A stretch of DNA of 64,000 nt, taken from positions 558,001 to 622,000 of the forward strand of contig CP060762.1 of NCBI GenBank assembly GCA_023205875.1, read 5' to 3'. How positions within the stretch are numbered: position 1 is the first letter of the stretch; each line of letters starts with the position of its first letter. A program made the translations under genes and the position numbers. The stretch is from Chloropicon primus (Eukaryota). Below the pieces are notes generated by a model. The model saw nothing but the letters and a program-made list of their open reading frames with translations. It was not told the DNA's origin and did no database searches. Shown here piece by piece: positions 54,274 through 64,000 of this stretch.

Positions 54274-54791
54274 GTCCCACTCCGACCTCTCCTCCCTCCC
54301 CCCAAACCCAAACCCCTCCCCGTCGTCAGCAGCAACGAGACGCGTCGTCGCAACCCCGCCGCTTCCTCCCGAGGCCTCCCGCCGAATTCTCAAGAAGCCG
54401 AAGCCTCCCCTCGCGGGACTTGCTCCGACCTCAACCCACGACGAGGCCCGCCAAGACGACGGCGACGACAATTTCCCCTTCGTTGCACCGCAGCAGGGTC
54501 GACGACGACAACGACGACGACGAGTCACCAGTACCTTGCGAGCTCCTCCCTCGAGCTGCTTCGAGGGCATCGACCTGCCGACCAGCCGAGAGGTCGTCGA
54601 GATGATGAGAGGACCTCGAGTCGATGAAGGTATGTTTGGAAAGAGGAGAGAGAGAGAGAGAAATGCTTTCGATTGATGTCGGTCTCCTCTCCCCTCCGAC
54701 ACCTTCCTTGCTCGTGCGTGCTCGTCGCGCTCGTCGCTTGAGCGAACGAACGAACCGCAACTCTCAGTTTTTCAATATTTCGGTTAATACG

Positions 54792-54854
54792 AAATGTAAC
54801 ACTAGTAAAAGTAAATGTAACACTAGTAAAACTAAATGTGACACTAGTTTTTTG
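54792..54854. repeat. AT-rich 21-bp tandem repeat x3 with an ACTAGT core
   Basis: aaatgtaacactagtaaaagt / aaatgtaacactagtaaaact / aaatgtgacactagt. Confidence 0.9.
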
Positions 54855-54906
54855 GCGGGAACTCGAATTTTTTTCGTTCTTTTTTTTGCGCCGATTTTGG
54901 CGGGAG
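54850..54906 (+). promoter_or_regulatory. Two E2F-like sites upstream of MCM3
   Basis: ttttggcgggaa at 54850-54861 and ttttggcgggag at 54895-54906. MCM genes are known E2F targets. Confidence 0.65.
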
Positions 54907-55212
54907 GACGAGGAAAAGGGGAAAGGAAAGGACGAGGGGCGGTTGTTTTTGTTTCTTCGACGGACGGAGCGGACGAGGACGACGTGACCGTGACGTGAAT
55001 CCAACAACGCACCGCACGCGCGCGCGCACGCCAGGGGTTGTTTGCTCTTTCGTGTGTTTTTCTTCTGCTTTCTTCTTCTTCTTCTTCTGTGTGTGTGTGT
55101 CTCAGAGGAGGAGGACGAGAAAGCTTTGGCCACCGAAGAAGGGAGGAGGGTTTTGGTTTAATTCAGTTTGTTTGTCTGTTGTTGAGCGGCGTTTGGAGGA
55201 AGAGACGGAAGG

Positions 55213-57555
55213 ATGAACGAGCAGGCGGACGTGAGGAGGCAGTACAAGGCCCAGTTCATCGATTTCTTGAACCCGGATGGAGGCCACGGCGCGCACATGG
55301 ACGCGATCCGGAAGATGATCCGTGACAAGGAGAGGAGGGTGAAGGTGGACCTGGCGGACTTGAGGAACTACGACGCGGGTCACGAGACGAGCCTCGCGAG
55401 GACGCTCCTCGACCGCCCGACGGAGCTCCTTCCCGCGTTGCAGGACGCCATCGCGGAGATCGTGAGATCGGAGGAGCCCAAGTACCTCGAGCCCCTCGAC
55501 GAGGTCCACGCCTCGATCGTGGGCAGCTTTGGGTTCCAGAGGGTCAGCCCCCGCGAGCTGATGAGCACGATGCTGGCCAAGCTCGTCAACCTGGAGGGGA
55601 TCGTTACGAGGGCTTCCCTCGTCCGCCCCAAGGTGCAGAGGTCGGTCCACTACTGCGCTGAGACGAAGCAGTTCCACACCAGGGAGTACAGGGACGTGAC
55701 CTCCCTGACTGGGCTGCCCACCGGAAGCGTGTACCCCACGAGGGACGAGGCCGGGAACTTGCTCGTGACCGAGTACGGCCTGTGCAAGTACAGGGACAGC
55801 CAGACGATATCCATTCAGGAGATGCCGGAGAACTCGCCGCCAGGTTTGCTGCCGAGGTCGATCGACGTCATCCTCGAGGACGACCTGGTCGACTCGTGCA
55901 AGCCCGGGGACAGGGTCTCGATCGTGGGCATCTACAAGGCCGCGCCCTCCAAGGGGGCGGGGTCGATGAGCGGGGTCTTCAGGACCCTCCTCGTGGCCTC
56001 CTCCGTCTCGAGCATCGGCAAGGAGTCCCAGCAGCTCAAGCTCACGGCGAGGGACACGAGGAACATCAAGAGGATCTCCCAGAGGGAGGACTGCTTCGAG
56101 CTCCTGGCCCAGTCCCTCGCGCCTTCCATCTTCGGCCACGACTTCATCAAGAAGGCCATGGTCTTGCTGCTGCTGGGCGGCATCGAGAAGAACCTGAAGA
56201 ACGGCACCCACCTCAGGGGAGACATCAATTTGCTCATGGTGGGAGACCCTGGCGTGGCCAAGTCCCAGATGCTCCGCTCTGTGATGAACATCGCGCCCCT
56301 GTCCATCTCCACGACGGGAAGGGGCTCGAGCGGCGTGGGTCTGACCGCCGCCGTGACCAGCGACAAGGACACTGGAGAGAGGAGGCTCGAGGCCGGCGCC
56401 ATGGTCCTCGCGGACAGGGGCGTGGTCTGCATCGATGAGTTCGACAAGATGGGAGAGAACGACAGGGTCGCGATCCACGAGGTCATGGAGCAGCAGACCG
56501 TGACCATCTCCAAGGCCGGGATCCACACCTCCCTGAACGCGAGGTGCTCCGTCGTGGCGGCCGCCAACCCTATCATGGGAACCTACGACCACAACTCCAC
56601 GATCACCAAGAACATCTCCTTGCCCGCCAGTTTGCTGTCTCGTTTCGATCTCCTGTTCATCGTCTTGGACCAGATGACCGCGAGGCACGACAGGGACTTG
56701 AGTGAGCACGTGCTGAGGATGCACAGGTACAGGCGCCCCGGTGATGACGGCACCTCCGCTGGGCTCTTCAACGAGAGGCGAGCGGAGGACGAGGAGGACT
56801 TGGACATGGAGGAGGAGGACAACGTGATCCCGATCTTCATGAAGTACAACCGCCTCTTGCACGGACCCAGGACCTCTGGGTACAAGGACTTGCTCCACAC
56901 GGAGTTCCTCAAGCTCTTCATCGCTTACGCCAAGAGGAGAAACCCCGTTCTCACCTCGGAGGCCTGCGAGTCCATCGTCAATAACTATGTCGAGATGCGC
57001 CAGGACGCCACCAACAAGACCATCCCGATCACGGTGAGAGCCCTGGAGACCATGATCAGGCTGGCCACGGCGCACGCCAAGCTGAAGCTGCACACGGAGG
57101 TCTTGCAGGAGGACGTCGACATCGCGTTTGACTTGATGCAGTATGCCCTGTACGCCAGGTCCAAGGACAAGTACGAGGAGGCCCACAGGAGGAAGAGGCA
57201 GAGGACGTCCCAGCCAGGGGAGACCCCAGAGGGCGAGGCCCCAGAGGCCAGAGGGGGTGACGCATCCGCCGCGGGAGCGAGTGCAGCTGGCGCGGAACAG
57301 CCCCAAGAGCAAGAGCAAGCGCAGGCAGCGGACGGGTCCTCTGCGCTCACGGAGGAGGAGAAGGAGCGCGTCTTCGCCGCTTACCGTACCTGCAGCCTGC
57401 AGGACGAGTACTCCAGCACGGTCTCACTGCAATCCATCGAGGCCTTGTGCCCAGCCATCTCGAGGGACAAGATCCTCGAGGCGGTGAACCAGCTCAAGGA
57501 CCAAAACATCTGCGGCCCAATAGACACGGATACGAACGAGATCTACAAAATCTGA
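55213..57555 (+). CDS. MCM3: DNA replication licensing factor MCM3
   Basis: [46 protein letters not shown]. Confidence 0.97.
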   Translation: MNEQADVRRQYKAQFIDFLNPDGGHGAHMDAIRKMIRDKERRVKVDLADLRNYDAGHETSLARTLLDRPTELLPALQDAIAEIVRSEEPKYLEPLDEVHASIVGSFGFQRVSPRELMSTMLAKLVNLEGIVTRASLVRPKVQRSVHYCAETKQFHTREYRDVTSLTGLPTGSVYPTRDEAGNLLVTEYGLCKYRDSQTISIQEMPENSPPGLLPRSIDVILEDDLVDSCKPGDRVSIVGIYKAAPSKGAGSMSGVFRTLLVASSVSSIGKESQQLKLTARDTRNIKRISQREDCFELLAQSLAPSIFGHDFIKKAMVLLLLGGIEKNLKNGTHLRGDINLLMVGDPGVAKSQMLRSVMNIAPLSISTTGRGSSGVGLTAAVTSDKDTGERRLEAGAMVLADRGVVCIDEFDKMGENDRVAIHEVMEQQTVTISKAGIHTSLNARCSVVAAANPIMGTYDHNSTITKNISLPASLLSRFDLLFIVLDQMTARHDRDLSEHVLRMHRYRRPGDDGTSAGLFNERRAEDEEDLDMEEEDNVIPIFMKYNRLLHGPRTSGYKDLLHTEFLKLFIAYAKRRNPVLTSEACESIVNNYVEMRQDATNKTIPITVRALETMIRLATAHAKLKLHTEVLQEDVDIAFDLMQYALYARSKDKYEEAHRRKRQRTSQPGETPEGEAPEARGGDASAAGASAAGAEQPQEQEQAQAADGSSALTEEEKERVFAAYRTCSLQDEYSSTVSLQSIEALCPAISRDKILEAVNQLKDQNICGPIDTDTNEIYKI

Positions 57556-58163
57556 AGGGAGAAGAAGAAACTTTTAAAGTTCCAAATTTGGAATAACATC
57601 GCCACTACTCCATTCCGCTTTCATTCTCCCCTCAGCCGCCTATGGAACAAACCAACTCTCAATCATTCCACCCACCCCAAAAAAGGTGCATCAACCACCA
57701 CCCTTGCTATCTCCTCAGCCCGTGATCCAATCTCGTTTGCCACAGGAGAGGTAAAGGGGGGCACCACCTCTCCTCAACAACCCATCCCTCTCTCTCTCTC
57801 CTCAGACACACCCACCCATCATCCACTCTCATCCTCCTGGGCCTCTTCCCTCTCCAGATCCTCGGCTCTCAGATATTAATGGGGGTTTTTAGGAGAACGA
57901 GGCGGACGGTGACTTGATTTGGAACCCCTGAGGACTCCGGGGTGCGTGACGAGTGCCAGGGTGCGAGCGAGGGCTTCCTTTCGTCATCTGGATTCTCTTT
58001 GTGCTGGCTTGCTCCCTCGATCGCCGTAGAATTCGCTACACACACCACGCGGTTTGCCCTTGAGAAAGATCCTTTTTGCTTTGGCTTGAGTTTGCAAGCT
58101 CGAGTGTGTGCGTGCGTGTGTGTTGTGTCGAGAGGCGTGTGGCGGCGAGGAGGCGTCGGAGAG

Positions 58164-59400
58164 ATGTTCTACAAGACGCAATTCAATGGGTACTCGGTGA
58201 AATTCTCGCCCTACAACGAGGGGCGGATAGCCGTAGCAACGGCCCAGAACTTTGGGATCATTGGGAACGGGAGACAGTATGTCCTGGACGTGACGCCACA
58301 AGGGCTGAGAGAGGTTGCGGCGTTCGACACCGTGGACGGGTTGTATGACTGCACGTGGTGCGAGGGCAATGAGAACGTGCTGGCGTCTGCGAGCGGAGAC
58401 GGGAGCATCAAGGTGTGGGACATAGCAGCACCGCCGCAGATGAACCCCATACGAAGTTACGAGGAGCACGGGCACGAGGTGTACTGCGTGAATTGGAACT
58501 TGGTGAATAGGGACTGCTTCCTGAGCGCGAGCTGGGACGACACGATAAAGCTGTGGAATCTCCAGTCGCCAGGATCGTTGCGAACATTTGCCGAGCACAA
58601 GTACTGCTGTTACGCCGTGGCTTGGTGCCCGACCAACGGGGAAACGTTTGCGTCCGCCTCTGGCGATTGCACGCTCAAGTTGTGGGACATCAGGCAGCCC
58701 GCGAGTACCCTGACGATCCGGGCGCACGACTTCGAGGTGCTGTCCTGCGACTGGAACAAGTACGAGGACTTCACTTTGGTTACGGGCTCCGTGGACAAGA
58801 CCATGAGGGTGTGGGATATCAGGCAGCCCAGTGTTCCCGTGAGAGTGATGCCAGGGCACAATTACGCGGTGAGGAAGGTGATTTGCAGCCCTCACGCAGG
58901 TAACCTCGTAGCGAGCTGCAGCTACGACATGACAGTCTGCTTTTGGGACATAAAGGCTCCAGGTAAGGGGAACCGAGGCAACGAACCAGAGGGAATGAGA
59001 TTATTATTAGCACTTTTATCAAATGCCGCTGGGATCGTAAGGCTTCTTAAGCTCCAGTCGGTACTAACGGGGTGCAAGAGCAACTCATGCCCCATACTAA
59101 TAGCACATCGGGAGCTTCACACACCTCCTCTTGTGTTACGCTAGTGGGGCACACTCGACTCGAACCTGAGAACGACCTTGTCCTGGGCGCGGAGCCGAGA
59201 CTGACGAGACCGAACGACTTTTCCTTCTTCGTTTTCCTTCGTTCGGCCGCACAGGGGAACCCTTGATGCAGAGGTGGGCTCACCACACGGAATTCGCGGT
59301 GGGACTCGACTTGAGCGTGTTGCAGGAGGGCATGTGGGCATCCACGGGGTGGGATGAGCTTGTCTACGTGTGGCACCAAAGTCAGGACCCGAGGGCCTAG
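58164..59400 (+). CDS. PEX7: PTS2 receptor PEX7 (WD40); intron 58963-59254
   Basis: FNGYSVKFSP...ATAQNFGIIGNG; WD repeats; exon 2 HHTEFAVGLD...STGWDE.VYVW. Confidence 0.95.
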
Positions 59401-59650
59401 GGAAGCAGGAGGCATATGAGAGGTGTTGTTGGCGCAAATCAGGCCAGGGGAGGGGGGGAAGAGCCGAGTATTTTATTCGTTTATACAAGACAAGAGAAAC
59501 AGGACAAGAGAAACAGAAGATCGAACCAATCGATGATAATCTTGAATGATGAGAAAAAGAACAACTGTATACAAGCAAAGATTGCATGGACATTTCGACA
59601 GGTGGTGGTTGCCCGGAGTTCTAGATCTCCCCCCTTCCCTCTTCTGCTCT

Positions 59651-61435
59651 CTATCTCTCCCATGCGGCAAAGGGAAACGTTTGGCACACCCTGTCGGTGC
59701 TCTTGCTTCTTCTCGCCGCGTGATTTGGCGAGGAGATGGCCTCGACATGCTGGTGTATGGCGCGGATGCCCTCCGGCGTAACGGCCCTCCTCTGAGCACC
59801 CTTTCCCGCCGCCATCTTTTTCCTCCTGGAGTGCCTGACGTACCTGCTCGGGCGAACCTTCACCCGGGAGGACGCGGCGTATTCCGTTCCGGAGTCATAG
59901 TCCGAGTCCGTGGCCCTCCTGGTGTACACCGGCTTGGCCGGCGACGACGGCGTGTTGTTCCTGCTGTTGACGTACTGGCGGGTTGCCGTCTTTCCCTGCT
60001 CCAAGGGCAGCTGAGACATGAGGGACTCCCCGACCGTGGAGATGGACGAGTTCGTCGTCGTCCTCCTCTGGATTCTGGCCTGCAGGACGTCCAGGGGATG
60101 CACGGCGCCCGGGGCCTCCGAGCCCCAGTGAGGCTCCTCCAGTTGAGGCGCGTTCCTCCTGTACATCGGGAAGACCCTCGAAGTGAAGGGCCCCTGCAAG
60201 CCGTAGTGCTTCCTGCTGTTGAACTCCCTCCTCACCAGATAGGCCCTGAAGTGCGATTGGATTGTCACCGCGGCCTCCTCCACGTCCGCGAGCCACTCCC
60301 ACTTTGACATTTGGCACAGCGAGCACAGCGCGCTGACCTGGGAGGCGTGGAGGGACTGGAGCTGGGACGAGTACAGGGAATCCACCTGCCTCTTGCACCA
60401 CCTCCTGATCAGGGTCCCGCCCTCGCTCCTCGAGTAGGTCGACCAGTCAACGAGCCTCCTCGCGATGCCGAAGGCCTCCCTTTGGATCTGGTACAGGTCG
60501 TCCTTGGGGGTCGATCCCCCCGACGTGGGGTGCCCGAACGACTGCACGATGAAATCCAGCGCGTCGTGAATCTCGGCGTGGCCCAGGAAAGCGTCCGCGA
60601 AATCTTCCGGGCAGTTGTGGCACAGGGACTCCAGGGCCAGCAGCGCCCTGATCTTCGTGGCGTCCAGGGTCTGGTAGGCCCTCGCCTCCCTCTCCTCCTT
60701 GGGACGAAAGAGCGCGGCGAGGCCCGAGGCTTTCCGACCCTGGCGGCCGCTCTCATCGCCCCGATCCCGCGGCGTCTTGGTGTACAGGGCCCCCGACAGG
60801 GCGTCCAGCACGAGGGCCACCTGCTTCGAGTCCACGGACGACGACGACGATGACGAGGAGGAGGAGGAGGAGAGGGCACTCTCCAGCTCGACCAGGTGGG
60901 CGTAGAACAGCAGGGGGGAGTCCTGCTGGATCGTCTGGTGCACGAGCCTCTTCAGGAGCCGGGCGGCACCGTGGTGCTCCCTCCCCGCGATCTTGGCCAG
61001 CAGCTGCACGAGCCTCTCCCTCCTGTTGAGGGCGGACGACGAGTCCCTCGTGGCCTCCTCCAGCGCCGCCGTCGCCCTGGTCGCCGTCGGGACCCTCGGG
61101 ACGCGAAGGTCGCGATCGAGGACGCCTGCCTCGAGCTTCGCCTTGTCCGACGCGAAGGCCTCCGACTCGTCGAGGGCTCGCGCAGGATGATCATTGTTGC
61201 GAAGACGGCGCGAGGTCAACGGCGCCTTGCCAGCCGGAGGGGTGCTCAGCTCCACGTCGCTCAGGACCTCGGACGACGGAGTGGTGGTGTTGGAGGAGGG
61301 CGTGTAGCTTCCGTCATCCCGTCGCCCCGTCGGGACGTCGTCGTACGTGCTGCTCGTCGCCCCGCTCCCCGTCGCGGACCCCACCCTGTACGTCACGAAC
61401 TTCAAGTACTCCCTGTCCGTCGCCGCGGCGGCCAT
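59651..61435 (-). CDS. Hypothetical protein with an IQ motif and a helical central region
   Basis: AAVTIQSHFRAYLVRR IQ motif within a long ORF. Confidence 0.7.
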   Translation of the reverse strand: MAAAATDREYLKFVTYRVGSATGSGATSSTYDDVPTGRRDDGSYTPSSNTTTPSSEVLSDVELSTPPAGKAPLTSRRLRNNDHPARALDESEAFASDKAKLEAGVLDRDLRVPRVPTATRATAALEEATRDSSSALNRRERLVQLLAKIAGREHHGAARLLKRLVHQTIQQDSPLLFYAHLVELESALSSSSSSSSSSSSVDSKQVALVLDALSGALYTKTPRDRGDESGRQGRKASGLAALFRPKEEREARAYQTLDATKIRALLALESLCHNCPEDFADAFLGHAEIHDALDFIVQSFGHPTSGGSTPKDDLYQIQREAFGIARRLVDWSTYSRSEGGTLIRRWCKRQVDSLYSSQLQSLHASQVSALCSLCQMSKWEWLADVEEAAVTIQSHFRAYLVRREFNSRKHYGLQGPFTSRVFPMYRRNAPQLEEPHWGSEAPGAVHPLDVLQARIQRRTTTNSSISTVGESLMSQLPLEQGKTATRQYVNSRNNTPSSPAKPVYTRRATDSDYDSGTEYAASSRVKVRPSRYVRHSRRKKMAAGKGAQRRAVTPEGIRAIHQHVEAISSPNHAARRSKSTDRVCQTFPFAAWER

Positions 61436-62043
61436 GATATCCACGACAACGAGGGAGGGAGGGATCGAGGGAGGTGCGCGCCGCGCGTTGGACGTTCAAG
61501 AGGGTTGAGGATCGTAATCGTCGCAAACCTCGCCCTCGCGACGCTCTCCTCTTGTGGTAGTTGCGTCAGTTGTGCGGCTCTCGAAGAGCGAGAGAGAATC
61601 TGTCGTTAACGGCTAGGCTAATTTTTCGTAACGGAAAGCTCCGAGGGGAGGGGATCCCATGGAAAGGCTTTGGCTTTGGGTTTGGGCGACGGGAGAGAGG
61701 GGAGAAAGGAAAGGCATAGGCATCCTGGCGCGCGGCGGTGGTGGCGTGACTCGTTCCATGCTTTCTTCAGGAAGCAAGGCCTTTGCGAGACAGAGACGTC
61801 TCGCCGCTCTTGTTCTTTGTTTTGTTTGTTTCGTCTTGTCTTTCTCTCTTGGAGGGAAGGAGCGTGGAGGGTGTGTGGTGGGGGGCTTTCGTTCTTGCAC
61901 AAGGAGGACGAGGAAGAAAAAGAAAAAGAAGAAGAAGAGGCTCCACCGAGGGGGGAGGACACCTCCCCGATGACAATTTTGCACTGGCCCTCGGTGTCAC
62001 ACCGTCGCTTTGCTTCTCGAGGTTGTCTCGGGGCTGACCCACG

Positions 62044-62180
62044 AGCAAGGAGGAAGAAGAAGAGGAAGGAGCCAGAAGGAAGAAGAGGAAGAGGAAGAGG
62101 AGCCAGAAGGAAGAAGAGGAAGAGGAAGAGGAGCCAGAAGGAAGAAGAGGAAGAGGAGCCAGAAGGAAGGAGGAAGAAGA
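62044..62180. repeat. Purine-rich low-complexity tandem repeat (gagccagaagga + GAAGAG runs)
   Basis: Four gagccagaagga units separated by GAAGAG runs. Confidence 0.8.
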
Positions 62181-62884
62181 TGCTCCACCTCACTCACTCG
62201 CTCGTCACCCTCGGTGGGCCCGTTGCCCGGTTGTAAGCCAGTTGTAACAGGAAATCTCTCTTTTCCCTTCAAAGGGGGAAAAATTCAAATTTTTCTGATT
62301 TTTTTTCCTTTTCTATGTTTTGTTCGCCGCGTTCTTGTGCTTTTCGCGCCTTGGGCTAAATGTTTGGACGAGGAGAGGCGGCGAGTCGTAACGCCGATCG
62401 ATCGGTTACAGAACAGAGAGGGGAGGAAAGAAACCAACCACAAGGTGGCGGGACTCTGGGGATCAACGCCTGCGAGGGAACGTGAGGAGGGTTTGGGCGA
62501 AGGGCTTCGTCCCTTTTTTTTGGTGGTCCCCTTCCGTTTTTTTTCTCTCTCGCGCGCGGGGGACGAAACCGAGAACGAGAACGAGTTTTTTTGTTTTTGT
62601 TTTTGGGGTTGACCCGGCACCTCTGGGTGGTGATCCATAGGGTATTGGAGATTGGGATTGAGAGACTCATTCATGGGCCTTTGAGCGCGCGAGCCTGCTT
62701 GAATCCCCCACCCCACCCCTTTCCTGGACGCTTGCTTTGCGTGGGCCGTTGTACCACCCATCCACGCAATCGCAAGCGCGCCAAACACACACACACACAT
62801 CACACACACACACACACTGCTACGACCGACTATCGATCCGCTCCACCACCACCTGGTCACCACCTGGCTTAGCCCAGACCTAGC

Positions 62885-64000
62885 ATGAACGGCGAAAGCC
62901 TGGGCGACAACAAGAGCAGCATGGCTCCCGAGAATGAATTGCACGGCAGCAGCAAGGAGGGCCACTCCCCTCCCCCCGCCTGCTCGCCGGAAGCCTCCTC
63001 CGACAAGGAGAACCGCCACCACAACAACCACGACAGCCATTCTCGGCAACCGCCACCGAGCAACACTAGAGGAGGAGCCAACACTAGAGGAGGAGGCAAG
63101 TCCGAGCTGGCCCGCCAGGTCAACCGCTTCTCGTCGGAGGAGCTCCAGTACCTGGAGCAGAAGTTCGCGGAGACCCCGACCCCGAACCTGGCGCTCAGGG
63201 AGGAGATCGCCCTCGCCCTCTCCAAGAGGAGGATGCAGAACGACTACGAGTGCATGAAGGGGGGGGCGACGATCACCAGGCTGACCCAGGTCCAGATCAA
63301 GTACTGGTTCGACCACCAGAGGAGGAAGAGGAAGAGGCTCAAGCTGAACCAGGACGCGGCGGCGAGGAAGATGCAAGCGATCGCCGAGCACGCATACAAC
63401 GGGAAGAACCAGCTCCCGGTGGCGGCGCACTACCTGCAGGGCCACCCCCTGGCGTACCAGCACCCTGGGGTGTCCATGAGCCCGGTGCCCCAGTACGACC
63501 CGAGCAGCAGCCAGTACCACTTCCAGGCCAAGACCCCGACCGGCGTCACCGCGACCTGCGACGTGGCGGGGCTCCAGCGCACGAGCCCCACGGGGGTTCT
63601 GCCCAGCCCGGTCCCCCTCAGCTTCGGGCCCTACCAGGCCTCCGCCGCTGGCCAGCAGCCCCCGCTGACCTCCCAGCAGAGCTCCGTGGGAGGCGCAGCC
63701 TCGATGCAGATGCAGATCCCGGCGAGCGTCCCCGCAGCCCCGGTGGCCATGCCCCTCCCCCTCCCCCTGCCGAGGAGCCAGGGAGGCGGCAGCCCCCCCC
63801 TCCCAAGCCAATCGGGCCACGGCTGGGACATGAACCACTACATCAAGTACTGGCAGGCCCTGTCGGTTCTGACCAAGAGCAGCCAGGGCCCAGTCGGCGG
63901 CCCGGCCTTGCTCCAGCAGCAGTTCAAGGTGGAGCAATACGCCCAAAACGACGTGATCGTCAAGAGGTTCGAGGGGCTCACCAAGGCCCTCTTCGTGCTG
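62885..64000 (+). CDS. Atypical homeodomain transcription factor; runs off the window end
   Basis: RFSSEELQYLEQKFAETPTPNLALREEIALAL...LTQVQIKYWFDHQRRKRKR. Absent from the ORF track because there is no stop in the window. Confidence 0.8.
   Translation, partial: MNGESLGDNKSSMAPENELHGSSKEGHSPPPACSPEASSDKENRHHNNHDSHSRQPPPSNTRGGANTRGGGKSELARQVNRFSSEELQYLEQKFAETPTPNLALREEIALALSKRRMQNDYECMKGGATITRLTQVQIKYWFDHQRRKRKRLKLNQDAAARKMQAIAEHAYNGKNQLPVAAHYLQGHPLAYQHPGVSMSPVPQYDPSSSQYHFQAKTPTGVTATCDVAGLQRTSPTGVLPSPVPLSFGPYQASAAGQQPPLTSQQSSVGGAASMQMQIPASVPAAPVAMPLPLPLPRSQGGGSPPLPSQSGHGWDMNHYIKYWQALSVLTKSSQGPVGGPALLQQQFKVEQYAQNDVIVKRFEGLTKALFVL

Noticed and set aside
55102..57318. 738-aa minus-strand ORF
   Set aside because: Antisense shadow of MCM3.
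62285..63946. 553-aa minus-strand ORF
   Set aside because: Antisense to the homeobox gene; low-complexity translation.

Overview
Gene-dense eukaryotic nuclear DNA. It has short GT-AG introns with CTRAC branch points, TGTAA poly(A)-like signals and a chloroplast-division gene, which points to a compact green-algal genome (Chloropicon-like; inference). About 27 host genes are present, most recognisable: JMJD7, ARC6, BCAT, GCP6-like, an Smr/CUE protein, CEP41, RPB12, SEC6, RPAP2, ArfGAP, ABCG, GT29, DnaJ, a multi-p25alpha TPPP, Pth, MCM3, PEX7 and a homeobox gene. The standout is a foreign-looking, apparently intronless island of about 5.5 kb (~9.9-15.6 kb) that abuts a 5'-truncated DONSON gene. 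It encodes a ~1016-aa protein built like a natural TALEN: NLS, a Vsr/DUF559-like endonuclease domain, 20 tandem 34-aa repeats whose variation is concentrated in one 3-residue loop (D/G/N at its centre, as at TALE residue 13), and a second NLS. An ankyrin-repeat ORF follows. Other oddities are a protein joining a Sec16 C-terminal motif to a Uso1/p115 C-terminal motif, twin 5'UTR introns sharing a 52-nt core, paired E2F-like sites at ARC6 and MCM3, and an atypical homeodomain. All family calls come from motif recognition by eye; no searches were run.
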